From the NCBI GenBank assembly GCA_951406725.2, contig OX597830.1, forward strand, positions 14,074,001-14,138,000: DNA of 64,000 bases, read 5' to 3'. The notes under the pieces were generated by a model, which saw only the letters and a list, made by a program, of their open reading frames with translations, made no database searches and was not told the origin of the DNA. Source of the stretch: Octopus vulgaris (lineage: Eukaryota). The translations under genes and the position numbers were made by a program. Each line of letters begins with the position of its first letter. Within the stretch, counting starts at the first letter, position 1. Shown piece after piece: positions 1 through 12,496 of this stretch.

Positions 1-142
1 AATCTTTAGAGCGTAAGATTTGCTGTATTAGTTCTAGTGGTTTGCGTTGTGAGTTCAAATTTCACTGAGACCCAAAATTTTTATACCATCCCTGGGTCGA
101 TAAAATAAAGTACCAGTCAAGTACTAAAAAATTATAATCGAC

Positions 143-582
143 CAGGAGTGGCTGTGTGATAAGTAGCTTGTTTACCAACCACATTGTTCCGGGTTCAGTC
201 CCTCTGTGTGGCACCTTGGGCAAGTGTCTTCTGCTATAGCCTTGGGCCGACCAAAGCCTTGTGAGTGGATTTGGTAGACGGAAACTGAAAGAAGCCTGTC
301 GTATATATGTATATATATGTATGCATGTGTGTGTTTGTGTGTCTGTGTTTGTCCCCCTAGCATTGCTTGACAACCGATGCTGGTGTGTTTATGTCCCCGT
401 TACTTAGCATTGCTTGACAACCGATGCTGGTGTGTTTATGTCCCCGTTACTTAGCGGTTCGGCAAAAGAGACCGATAGAATAAGTACTGGGCTTACAAAA
501 GAATAAGTCCCGGGGTCGAGTTGCTCGATTAAAGGCGGTGCTCCAGCATGGCCGCAGTCAAATGACTGAAACAAGTACAAAA
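143..582 (+). mobile_element. tRNA-headed SINE, family A (internal TA/TG microsatellite)
   Basis: A-box-like TGGCTGTGTGATAAG, B-box-like GGTTCAGTCCC, CACCTTGGGCAAG body; more than 10 related copies in the window; internal 47-bp tandem duplication. Confidence 0.9.
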
Positions 583-917
583 AAGACTGTTTCCTTCCGG
601 TTTATTTTTGATGTTGCGCCTAATTTAGGAACGCGTGTTTAATACACAGCAAATGTATTGCTTTTCTAGAAACTTTACTGTTACTCCGTGTTATTTCGTT
701 TCAGCACTGCGCAGATACGTGGTCGTGTGTAGTTATATTATTTAGACATTTTATATACTAAATGAATGACCCGGAGCTGCCCATGTTACCTCTGTTCTTA
801 TTCAGATTAATAAACAATAAATATAAAGATATATTCTGATAATTATTTCAAAATATCTATATTTTATTAAACAATATCTAAATTGTAAAGGAAATAGTAT
901 TTCGAACTGAAAATTTG

Positions 918-2820
918 TCAACGTTGAAGCACCTCAGGGTAAACAATATTTATTGTGTAATTTTTAGTTGTCAAAATGAATAAATTGTTGCTGCTTCCAA
1001 CTCACGAGCAAGCAACATATTGTAGGCCGTGGAAGAAACATGTAGTAGAGAGATCAAGTTAATTGAAATACTAAACCTTAGTTTGACTGGAAACTGAAGC
1101 GTCTTAAATTCAAATGGAGAATCTGTAAGTATGAGAGGAATTTTTGGAATAAAGACATTTTCTCATTTGTAACTACCCATTGTGATCGTTGCCTGTAGGA
1201 CATATGGATTCATGGAAGTAACAATTAAGCGAGTTCCATTACACAGGTGAGATGGGTCCAGATTCCTAGGAAACAAAATGGGAGCACCCTGTGGTGGCAC
1301 CTCAGTGGATTTAAGTGTGTTCAGAAATTCAACAGGATATTGAACAAGCTTATCTTGATCGATTGTTGTCAATTGATCGAAAAGACATTTCTAATGTATG
1401 TGTTAACTTCTGAAGAAGATCATGGTTGAGTTTATCAACCATTTCATTAGTTGAAGCTAGTATAGCTGTTTCACATAGCAAGTTTACATTAGAGAAAATT
1501 AGGAAATACTTTATCCATCAGATCCCTAAGAGAAAGTAACATTTGACCGCATGTAATTTCATATACCTGAAGCATTGAGTTGAATGTCAATGTCCCATTA
1601 CCAATCTTATATGATCCCCTTGTTGAAGTACTCTGATATTGTTTGTAAGATGAAGTTTTTTCATGTCTCCAAAGGAACGATTTTTAGAAACGTGCATTGA
1701 CCTCATCAGTGTTTGGTCCTCTGATGATAACTGGCAACATATGAGGAAAATCTTCCCCAAGAAGAGCTGTTATTCCTCCTATTGTTTTTCATGTCTTGGA
1801 GGATACGGTCAAGTACCTCTGGTGCTCCACGATGTGACATAGTGCACTGATCCCAAACAATGTGGCAAGTTTGTTGGAGAACTGTTGCCATAGCAGAGTT
1901 TTTGGAAAAGTTGCACATTTGAGGTTTTTTTCGTGCAAGGTTTAGAGAGAGCTTGAACATGGAATGAGCAGTTCTTTCCCCAGTGAAGAGGGTAGCTGCA
2001 ATACCAGAAGATGCAACACTGGAAAAAGGTTAGATTTTAATTCCTCCCCCTTAGGATTGCAGGTGAAAGGAACAAAAAACATCTGGTTTTCCGTACGTCC
2101 TGACAAATGTCATAGCATCATGCGTTCGTTCGTGCATATATCTGTTTCTTTATTACCCACAAGGGGCTAAACATAGAGGGGACAAACAAGGACAGACAAA
2201 CGGATTAAGTCGATCACATCGACTCCAGTACGCAACTGGTACTTTAATTTATCGACCCCGAAAGGATGAAAGGTAAAGTCGACCTCGGCGGAATTTGAAC
2301 TCAGAACGTAACGGCAGACGATATACGGCTACGCATTTCGCCCGGCGTGCTAACGGTTCTGCCAGCTCGCCGCCTCGAGGACCACTTGTGAATGATGATG
2401 AGAGGATTATAAGTTGCCCCTTGTTTTGAATAACACCATCTGTACACAGAGCATGCATCTTGGAGATGAACATAATTTTTGATTGTTACGAATGTAGAGG
2501 AAACACTGACTCTCAACTTTAGCATACATATCAACCAGGTATTGCTGAAAGAGATCACGATACATGCGTAATTGATTTGACTGTTCTGGTCTCAACATCA
2601 GTTGGTAAAAATAGAAGTCATTTGATGACACCTTTTTTCTTGTAATTGGCTATCCTTTTACAGGTTCAATCCGTGGAATATTGAAATGACACCCATCTTG
2701 TCCATTCCACCGAATAAAAGGATACTGGAGATCATCATAAGAGGGATGAGTCTCTGAAACACGTTTAAGGTTATCTCAAGCATGAATGAAAATATTACGA
2801 TTTTCATGGGGATCACCTAT
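918..2820 (-). pseudogene. Helitron RepHel (Rep plus PIF1-like helicase) pseudogene
   Basis: Motifs read manually: RVSETHPSYDDLQYP, LFQQYLVDMYAKVES, ILSSSFTSGPR/YMHERTHDAMTFVRTYGKPD, VASSGIAATLFTGERTAHSMFK, IVWDQCTM, YPVEFLN, RNLDPSHLCNGTRL, LQFPV, TINIVYPEVLQR*; stops, frameshifts and a SINE insertion. Confidence 0.9.
2143..2374 (-). mobile_element. tRNA-headed SINE, family B, inserted in Helitron Rep
   Basis: Head GGCGGCGAGCTGGCAGAA, B-box GAGTTCAAATTCC, tail GGGTAATAAAGAAA; splits the GPR|YMHE codons. Confidence 0.9.
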
Positions 2821-3369
2821 TTCATTAGATGTGGGCTAAGTAAAATGGAATAAAACGTACTTTACAATAGTTTACTATAGACGTAACGAGCGTGGAAACA
2901 CACACACACTCACAGACACGTAGACACTCTTAGAATTGATAATATTGAAAACGGCAAAACGTACACACACGAAGTTCAAGCAAAACTAAATGTAATCAAT
3001 ATAAGTGCGAAACATACTTTCTGTAGTAAAGTTATGCTACAAATATTTTGTAAGAAATATTTCCAAAAGAAATATTCCAGCATCGGAAAGTCACCAATTT
3101 AGCAAAAGTTATTATGCGTCACCAATATAACAAAGTACAGATAGTCAACATTTATTTAGAACATGTACTAAATTTTATAAAATTCAGAACTGAATGTCAC
3201 GGTAACGAAAGTCAAACTCCAAGAGAATTCAGAAGGCATAATTCAGTACTTTTATACAAAAATAATTTATTATTTCACAATTTTTAAATGAACGCTGAAC
3301 AAAGTGTGTACAAAGGAATGTGTTGCTACTGTGAACGTTAATTAATTTAAAATATTTGCTGAAGGATGT

Positions 3370-3673
3370 CGGGTCGGGACCCCTTTCGGTCACGACACTG
3401 ACCATGGGATTGCAACTAGAAAGTTACCCTCCTAGTCGCAAGCCTGGGTAAGGTGGTTTATGAAAGACCACCAGTGCTATCCAAGGGAAAGGCAAAGGCC
3501 GATACAGCTTGGCACCCGTGACGTCGCAACTCATTTCTACAGCTGAATTAACTGGAGCAAAGTGAAATAAAGTGTCTTGCTCAAGAACGCAACACGCGGC
3601 CCGGTCCGAGATTCGAGCTCACAACCTCACGATCGTAAGCTTGACGCTCTAACCACTGAGCTATGCGCCTTCA
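3370..3673 (-). mobile_element. tRNA-headed SINE, family C
   Basis: Head GGCGCATAGCTCAGTGGTTAGAGCG...GCTCGAATCTC; 11-bp TSD CTGAAGGATGT at 3359-3369 and 3674-3684. Confidence 0.85.
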
Positions 3674-4006
3674 CTGAAGGATGTATGTAGCAAGATATAA
3701 ATGAATTCGACATCACTTACTATATATTTTAACTGTATACGGTTATAGGCTGTAGAATAAATACTGACTGACGCAGTAAAGAGTTTGCGCAGCGTTGAAT
3801 ACGCACACTGATAAAGCAGCATAACAGGAATAAGATAAATTATTGCATACGTATTAAATATACGTTATCCTTACAGGTTTTAATGTTAAATTTATACCAG
3901 TAACTTAATAAATAATACTAAAATATCTTTATAGATATAAACTAATGAAAGAATACCTGTAATTAACAATTATTATAAAACACCTTGTAACGATTAAAGC
4001 TAAATA

Positions 4007-4470
4007 GGATCTTTTCGGTTTGACCGGCAGTTTTTTAAAATAATTTCCACGTAACTAAACACTTTTAAACTTCATATACTGGTAGAATGTGTTTATAAAA
4101 TATCTTTTTCTCTTGGCTTTATTGAGAAAATTCTATAGTTTGTAAGATATTTGTTGTTTTTTTTTTTTTCTTCAATTTCTGTAATTTTAACCAATCACTG
4201 ACGTCCATTGAGGTAAATAACATTCCGTGCCGTATGAATATGTCCCACGTTTAAGAAACAGATTGGGTTTATTTACATTTGTGAAGAAAAAAAAGTTACC
4301 CTTCTCCCCACCCCTAACCCTAATCCTAACCCTAACCCTAACTAACCCTAACTCTAACCCGAACCCTAAAACAGATTGAAATGCAATAGATCGATACTAG
4401 GGTCATAATTATGGGTGACAATTTCATATGACACCGCTAGAAAAAACTGCCGTTCAAACTGAAAACATCC
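4007..4470. mobile_element. MITE (Merlin-like) with internal (CCCTAA)n array
   Basis: About 28-bp TIRs GGATCTTTTCGGTTTGACCGGCAGTTTT; 8-bp TSD GCTAAATA (3999-4006, 4471-4478); second copy at 32380-32805. Confidence 0.9.
4312..4369 (+). repeat. Interstitial telomeric repeat (CCCTAA) about 10 units, degenerate
   Basis: Read directly; lies inside the MITE. Confidence 0.9.
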
Positions 4471-4711
4471 GCTAAATAAAAACTGTTTAAAAGATACTAT
4501 AAAATATAAATTATTATCACTAACATGTTATCAGGACACTCGAGGTGCTGTTAACTATATTTTCAAAAGACTGCCTTCATTATTGATGACGTAGCGGATA
4601 ACTTACCTGTTTCTCAATTGTCTTTAACAATTTTGGTGACGTGTGCACATATATGTCTTACACAATTTGGAAATCACGTTATTGTGAAACCGGTTGTGTG
4701 TATTAAAATTA

Positions 4712-4915
4712 GCTTCAAATTTTGGTACACAGACAATGATTTTAAGAGGGGAGTAAATTGATTACATTCATCTCATTTTTCAGCTAATACCTATTTTATC
4801 GAGCTCGAAAGCATAACGGGCGAACTCAACCACGGCAGCATTTGGACTCGGAACATAAAGCTGCAAGAAATGTCGCTAATCTTTTTGTCCGGTGCATAAA
4901 CGACTCTTCCAGCGC
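4712..4915 (-). mobile_element. Old diverged SINE family B copy
   Basis: Degenerate match to family B (TTTATCGAGCTCGAAAG...ATTTGGACTCGGAAC). Confidence 0.6.
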
Positions 4916-5689
4916 CGGACGTTTCTGAAGTTAATACTTCACCAGAAGAAAGACGGTGATGAAAAATAAAGAAGGAAACTGAACGAGAAAAATGTAGAGA
5001 AAAGAGGGTTTAGGACCGGATAGAACAACGACACTACCACTGGATCTTGTAACAGAGAGAGGAAAATATGACTCTATGCTAGTACTGTGACGGCATGGCG
5101 GGAAAATATGCGAATGCAGGTTTTGGCCAAATTCCGTTGAGCAAAACGATCCACGGCGATAAATCTAGTGTTTATAATATGAAATATATGAATGTCATGG
5201 CACAGGCAATATATACTTGATGGAATCTTAGTGACACCGTCGTGACCTACGGCGTGCCAGAGGGATTTTAAACATGGACGACCTCTGCTCGTCTCAGATC
5301 TGACCATCGCGGATCTCTTGTAGAAGAAATGAAGAGTAAAAGGCGGACAGGAAGATTTAGAATAAGTAAAGAATTAACAACTGTACAGGGTTCGTCCTTG
5401 ATGTATTTTCTTCGAAAGAATGAGAGTTAAGTTTTTCCTCGATGGGGTTTGAAATCAAAACACAGAGAGTCGGAATGTTTATCATAAACTTATTTATCCA
5501 ACGCTCTACCGACTCCAGAAATCGGCTTATACATACTCCCATGCATACACATGTACATACGAACGTACATGCAATAAAACAGATACACACACACACATGT
5601 ATATATAAATAGATGTTTGCTTTACTACAAATTCACCAGCAACGTTGAATACGCGTATACATCTAAACATTATGCATGTGTATGTATGT

Positions 5690-5793
5690 ATGAGTGTGTG
5701 TGTATGTTTATCTATGTATGTATCCATAACCAAATCTGTGTCTCTATCCATCTATATGAATGAATATATATATATACATATATATATATATAC

Positions 5794-5826
<33 letters not shown>

Positions 5827-5831
5827 CATAT

Positions 5832-5874
<43 letters not shown>

Positions 5875-5991
5875 CTTACATATATACATATATATAAATG
5901 AATATATATATACATATGTATATATGTAAATATATATATATGTATGTATATATATATATATATATTCATTTATATAGATGGATAGAGACAC

Positions 5992-6030
<39 letters not shown>

Positions 6031-6862
6031 TTACATACAAGTGCGTGTATATAGGTATTTATACAAACATATGTATTTCTGTTTGTGCATACAGATGAGT
6101 GAATACACATTCACATACATAGGCCTGTGTGTAAATACGTGCGTACATGCAACACTATCTTTACTCTGTACTTAAAAAGAAAGTGATTAGCACCCACACT
6201 TCATATTATCTTTTCATGCTTATTTTACATCTTTGACATTTTAAAAGCTTTCACCTAAATTTTAATTTTCATAAAAGTGATAAAAATACACGTATGATCA
6301 GTAAACAAATGTGATGACTGCAACTTTATTTCTGTGTAAAGAAATCACCATTTTCTATCTGTTTTTTTTCCCCTCCTTCTGTGATGGGTTTTAACATCAG
6401 TGCAATCTATTATGGATAAAGTATTCCAATATGTGAAAACCAGCCAGCAGGGAGTTGGGCAGTGTTCTAAATATTAGATTAATTCAAATTTGAGACAAGT
6501 GTGAATTTCAATGTTTTTTTTTTTCCTTTGCCTCAGTAAATATTTGTTTTTTTGAGATCAACGTATATTTTGTTTTACGTTGAATAAACTATAACACTAG
6601 TATATGTGTGTGAGTGTGTGGGTTTGTGGGTGTGTGTGTATTTGTTTTACAACAAAATGTTTGATGTGAAAATGTGTGTTGAAACTGATATTGTTATCCT
6701 TGGGGATGGCCATATACATTATAGTGCATGTCTTTAATTGGAAAAGAGCAAAAGATGACCATCCTCACGTATAAATATATATACGAATATGTATATCTAT
6801 CTATATATATATATCAATATATATATATATATATGTTTTTATACATGTATTTATATATATAC

Positions 6863-6909
<47 letters not shown>

Positions 6910-7030
6910 AATATATATATATATATATATTGTATATGCATGTATGTATGTATGTATTTATCTATCTATCTATCAATCTATCCATCTACCTATCTATCTA
7001 TATCTATCTACCTATCTATCTACCTATCTG

Positions 7031-7074
<44 letters not shown>

Positions 7075-7162
7075 CCTATCTATCTATAGTTTAATATTAG
7101 GGAGAGAATTATATTGTCAAAAATAAGGGTAAAATGATATTGTCAATAATTAATTTTACCCT

Positions 7163-7205
<43 letters not shown>

Positions 7206-7243
7206 CGCACATACATACATACATACATACATACATACATACA

Positions 7244-7272
<29 letters not shown>
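5690..7272. repeat. Cluster of (TA)n/(TACA)n/(TATC)n microsatellites
   Basis: Read directly; source of the YI/IY ORFs. Confidence 0.9.
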
Positions 7273-7274
<2 letters not shown>

Positions 7275-8359
7275 TAGAAACATCAATAAAGGGAAGAATT
7301 CGTTTGTGTAAAGTCGAGATCAACCCTTTGTTAAAACGTGTCTGCTTTAAGGAGCAGACTTATGATAAAATGATTTCTCGTCATTGGGGGCAACATTGCT
7401 CAGTTTGGCTTTCCCTTCTTTCAAGACGACATACTCTGCTTTGAGGAAGATTTGGTTGCTATATGTAGCAGTTTGACTAATCGGTTAGTCTCTCTCGAGG
7501 CCTTAATTTCATTGTGTTTGACATTTTCGTTTGTTGATTCCACCCACACAAGTAAAATATGAATAGATGTTTGCAGAATATTAGACACTTAAGTCGCCTG
7601 TTGTTAGACATTCCGACTGCCATTTTCATAACATAAAAGTAACAACTTTCAGTAATTTAGAGCGACTGGAAATAACGAAGGGTAGGGGAAATATTATTGC
7701 ATACCTTCTCGAATACATGTTGAGTTTCCGAATTGAAAAAAAACCTCTGGATTCAATTTTGTTGAAATATAAGTATGACAATATCAAACGTTGAAATAAA
7801 TTTTGAAAAATATCTGAATAGAAAAGAATAGACAACTAATAGTAGTTAGAAAAAGTAAAAATTCATTGAAGTATACAGTAGAAGAGGAAGATATCGAATA
7901 CATTTATTGGTGTAGGTGAAAGGCAGATGCAGAATTTATAATGGCAACGAGATACAAAGTCACGTGTCACTTAAAAAAGATTAACGCAGAATATTTAAAC
8001 AACTGGATTAATGCTGACTCCAATGAATTCTAATCAAAACATAAATCATTTTGTAATAAGATTGGACCGAGCCGAAATGAACTGTTATTTCACTGTAATT
8101 TTCGTCAAGATTTCTGCTGCTGCTGTAATATATCTGTTACTTAAAGAAAGCGACATAGGGAAGGTGGGCATGTCACTTTAGCTGAGTAAATTAATAAAAT
8201 GTGATATATCATCGCAAGAAGTTTGCGATAAATCAAAGTGGAGATCTACTGTAGTGTTTACAGTATCAACGATTATAAAATTTCAGCGGAATTATGGAAC
8301 TGAATTCCCAGTAAATTTTATGATTACATAAAAAGAAGTATGTATGCATAGTTTGATAT

Positions 8360-8364
<5 letters not shown>

Positions 8365-8441
<77 letters not shown>
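8365..8441. repeat. (GA)n microsatellite
   Basis: Read directly. Confidence 0.95.
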
Positions 8442-8442
<1 letters not shown>

Positions 8443-9188
8443 AGCGGAGTTTGTGTATGCGCATGTGCGTGAACGCTCTTGATCAGCAACCTAAGACAAA
8501 CAATTTTGTTGCTAATTGCGAAATATAAGTTATAATTTATTTGAAACCAAATGTAAAAGCAAAATAGGATAACTAAAGTATGTTTTTTTTTTTTATCTTT
8601 TCAGGCACTTAATATGAGTGAAATATTTTCATTTCATTTGGTTTGCCAATATTTTAATACATTTGTTTGAAGAAAAATCATAATTTGATGATTCAAAATA
8701 TTTTTATAATTTTTAGAATGAAATCCATTTCTTGTTATTTGTCAGGTTTAAGCGCTTATTTATCATTGAGTTGGACCTAGCACGATGTTTTAAGTTTTCT
8801 TCCTGAGGAGCAAATAATATGGAAGCATACAAGAAAACAAAAAAACATATTTAGGATTGCTTTCATGTATTTTATGGAAAACATAACTAGAAAGATCTTT
8901 CTTTATAATTTAAATTTGAAGTATGCGTTAATGAGTATTTATATGTATCTTTGTCTTATCTGCTCTTGGAAAGGAATTCTTCAAAAATGAGAAACAAGAA
9001 CAAGAAACCAAATCATATTTCGCTTTTCAATTCCTATAGTGGCATCCACAAAAGTACGACGGTCCATGTACTGACTTCATCACCGACCTAAGACTGGTTA
9101 AATTTGTGAGCATGTACGAGAAAAATGTGCATGAATGTGGATGTATGGAGTGTGCATGCTTGTCGAGGAACAGGTTATTATGTTAGTC

Positions 9189-9416
9189 GGCGAGCTGGCA
9201 GAATCGTTAGCACGCCGGGCGAAATGCTTAGCAGTATTTCGTCTGCCGCTACGTTCTGAGTTCAAATTCCGACGAGGTCGACTTTGCCTTTCATCCTTTC
9301 GGGGGTCGATTAAATAAGTACCGGTTACGCACTGGGGTCGATATAATCGACTTAATCCGTTTGTCTGTCCTTGCTTGTCCCGTCTGTGTTTAGCCCCTTG
9401 CGGCTAATAAAGAAAT
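9189..9416 (+). mobile_element. SINE family B, full length
   Basis: 17-bp TSD AGGTTATTATGTTAGTC at 9172-9188 and 9417-9433. Confidence 0.92.
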
Positions 9417-9494
9417 AGGTTATTATGTTAGTCATAAAAAGTGTAGAAAAAGGGGACAGCAAAGCTGGAACCTGTTTATCTTTTCGTTTTAATA

Positions 9495-9883
9495 TTTTTC
9501 AAGTGTTTCAGTCATTAGACTGCGGCCATGCTGGGGTGCCGCCTTGGAGAAATTTTAGTCAAATGAATCGACCCTAGTACTTATTTATTATTAAGCCTGA
9601 TACTTATTCTGTCGGATCGCTTTTGCTGAGCCACTAAGTTGTGGGGGTGCAAAGACACCAACACCGGTTGTCAAGCAGTGGTGGGGAACAGACACAAACA
9701 CACATAGACACACACATACATATATATACGACGGGCTTCTTCCTGTTTCCTTCTACCATATCCACTCACAGAATTTTGGTCGGACCGAGGCTATAGTAGA
9801 AAACACTTGTCCAAGGTGCTACACAGCGGCACTGAACCCGGAACCATGTGGTTGGGAAGCAAGCTTCTTACCATACAGCCACG
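9495..9883 (-). mobile_element. SINE family A, diverged copy
   Basis: Reverse-complement similarity to 143-582. Confidence 0.85.
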
Positions 9884-10043
9884 TTGTCAAAAGAGCTAGA
9901 TTTCTGTATAGGATGTTTGTGTCTACAACGGCGGAACTGTCACAAACCTGGGAGCAAAAGAAAGTCATGTTAGTATTCCTCACCAAGAAATTTCTGTCGG
10001 AATATGTATTTTACAAATTCTATACATCCGGTTTAACTGTATA

Positions 10044-10551
10044 TACTCCTTTACTCTTTTACTTGTTTCAGTCATTTGACTGTGGCCATGCTGGAGCACC
10101 GCCTTTTTTCGAGTAAATCGACCCTATGACTTATTCTTTGTAAGCATAGTACTTCTTCTATCGGTCTCTTTTGCCGAACTGCTAAGTTACGGGGATGTAA
10201 ACACACCGGCATCGGTTGTCAAGCGATGGTGGGGTTGACAAACACAGACATACAAACATACAAAAAAACACACACACACACAAAACACACACACACACGC
10301 ACACAAACACACACACACACGCACACACACACACTCACACACACACACTCACACACACATATATATATATATATACATATCATATATACGACGGGCTTCT
10401 TTCAGTTTCCGTCTACCAAATCCACTCACAAAGCTTTGGTCGGCCCGAGGCTATAGTAGAAGACACTTGCCCAAGGTGCCACGCAGTGGGACTGAACACG
10501 GAACCATGTGGTTGGTAAACAAGCTACTTACCACACAGCCACTCCTACGCC
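10044..10551 (-). mobile_element. SINE family A with expanded internal (CA)n
   Basis: Head GGCGTAGGAGTGGCTGTGTGG; repetitive AAGAGTAA-type tail. Confidence 0.9.
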
Positions 10552-10559
10552 TGTCGATA

Positions 10560-10970
10560 TTACTCTTTACTCTCTTTTTACTTGTTTCAGTCATTTGACT
10601 GCGGCCATGCTGGAGCACCGCCTTTAATCGAGCAACTCGACCCCGGGACTTATTCTTTTGTAAGCCCAGTACTTATTTTATCGGTCTCTTTTGCCGAATC
10701 GCTAAGTAACGGGGACATAAACACACCAGCATCGGTTGTCAAGCAATGCTAGGGGGACAAATACAGACACACAAACACACACACGCATATATATATATAT
10801 ACATATATACGACGGGCTTCTTTCAGTTTCCGTCTACCATCCACTCACAAGGCTTTGGTCGGCCCGAGGCTGTAGTAGAAGACACTTGCCCAAGGTGCCA
10901 CGCAGTGGGACTGAACCCGGAATCATGTGGTTGGTAGACAAGCTACTTACCACACACCCACTCCTGCGCC
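10560..10970 (-). mobile_element. SINE family A
   Basis: Near-identical to 143-582; immediately adjacent to the previous copy. Confidence 0.9.
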
Positions 10971-11384
10971 TTAATCGATCTTGGTTTTTTTCTTTCATTT
11001 TCAAAATCAGTCTGCGTAAACCATTTTTTCAGTTTACTGTAACAGAAGAAGTCAGTTCCATGAAAAAGGAAATACATCTCCTGTTCATTTTTGATTCACA
11101 GTCGAAGTTGTCAGGGTCCTTTTTATGCGGTTGATCCTCACGAAAGACAAATGCTTGGCATAAATTAGATTAACTTTCCTACCCATCTATCTATGTTTTT
11201 TTATCTTCGGTTTTTTTTTTTTTTTTTTTGCGTAAATGAAAAATCAATATTATTAAAGTCAGTATATTTCCCAAATTTTACTGATTAACATTCAATCAAA
11301 CATTGACTCGCTGTTTATCTATATTTTGAATTTTACAATAGCTGTATTGCCAAATGGAATACCAACGGTTCTTTTCTTTATCGC

Positions 11385-11700
11385 TCCTCCTCTTCCTCCT
11401 CCTCCCCCCTCCTCTTCAACCTCTTCCTCCTCCTCCTCCTCCTCCTCTTCACCCTCCTCTTCCTCCTCCTCCTCTTCAACCTCCTCTTCTTCTTCCTCCG
11501 CTTCACCCTCCTCCTCCTCCTCATCATCATCATCATCGTCGTCGTCATTATCATCATTCCCACCATAACACTTCTTCCTTCTCCTTCTTCTTCTTCTTCT
11601 TCTTCTTCTTTTTCTACTTCTTCCTCCTCCTCCTCCTCCTATTCCTCCTCCTCCTTATATACACCCTACCCACTTCCCACCGCAGCCTCCTCCTCCTCTC
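11385..11700. repeat. Compound (CCT)/(CAT)/(CTT) trinucleotide repeat
   Basis: Read directly. Confidence 0.9.
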
Positions 11701-12124
11701 AATGTCACCTTTCTCAACTTATATCTTTCCCATCTATCATTTGACTAAAGCCGAAACTAAAATATAACACGTCATCATTAATTATTTAAGTGGAGTTGCT
11801 TTTTACTTTCTCCTTTTCTTTTATGTCGTCATTGCCCTCTCCGCCCCATCAGATTCTTCGCTTTCTCCCCACTTGTGCATTCATTGTTATTTATTATTCT
11901 AATGCAGGATAGAGCGCTGTGAGACAATAAAGTCCTATCAATTCGAGACCGTGTCGTGGTTTCATTCTCAACTTCACTCCCGATGCTGTCGAATCGTGGA
12001 AATCAGGGACGCAGGGCATGCTGTTTCTTTCCTTTATAGAAGATGCATAAATATGGAATGCCTCTACTGAATATGCTACGTCTACTGTATATGAACCTAA
12101 ATATACCACACATAATTTAAATAT

Positions 12125-12496
12125 TTTAGGAAGCACTCCGTCGGTTACGACGATGAGGGTTCCGGTTGATCCGAGTCAACGGAACAGCCTGCTCGTGAAA
12201 TTAACGTGTAAGTGGCTGAGCACTCCACAGACACGTGCACCCTTAACGTAGTTCTCGGGGATATTCAGCGTGACACAGAGAGTGACAAGGCCGGCCCCTT
12301 GAAACAGGAAGTAAGAGTAAGAGAAAGTTGTGGTGAAAGAGTAGAGCAGGGATCACCACCATCCCCTGCCGGAGCCTGGTGGAGCTTTTAGGTGTTTTCG
12401 CTCAATAAACACTCACAACGCCCGGTCTGGGAATCGAAACCGCGATCCTATGACCGCAAGTCCGCTGCCCTAACCACTGGGCCATTGCGCCTCCAC
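12125..12496 (-). mobile_element. tRNA-headed SINE, family D
   Basis: Head GGCGCAATGGCCCAGTGGTTAGGGC...GGTTTCGATTCCC; 11-bp TSD AATTTAAATAT at 12114-12124 and 12497-12507. Confidence 0.85.

Larger units (their letters stand above)
758..2820 (-). mobile_element. Degenerate, internally deleted Helitron
   Basis: Rep/helicase coding remnants; 3' end on minus strand is a GC-rich hairpin remnant GGGCAGCTCCGGGT followed by TTAG|T at 758 (CTRR|T-like). 5' boundary not identified. Confidence 0.85.

Noticed and set aside
62-373. Recurrent ORFs with [20 protein letters not shown] or [13 protein letters not shown]
   Set aside because: Antisense translations of SINE family A, repeated wherever the SINE occurs
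3600-3673. SINE heads (also 12420-12496) as genuine tRNA genes
   Set aside because: Acceptor stems incomplete; continuous with SINE bodies and enclosed by TSDs
4312-4369. Chromosome end or telomere fusion scar
   Set aside because: The array is internal to a TIR element and present at the same site in a second copy
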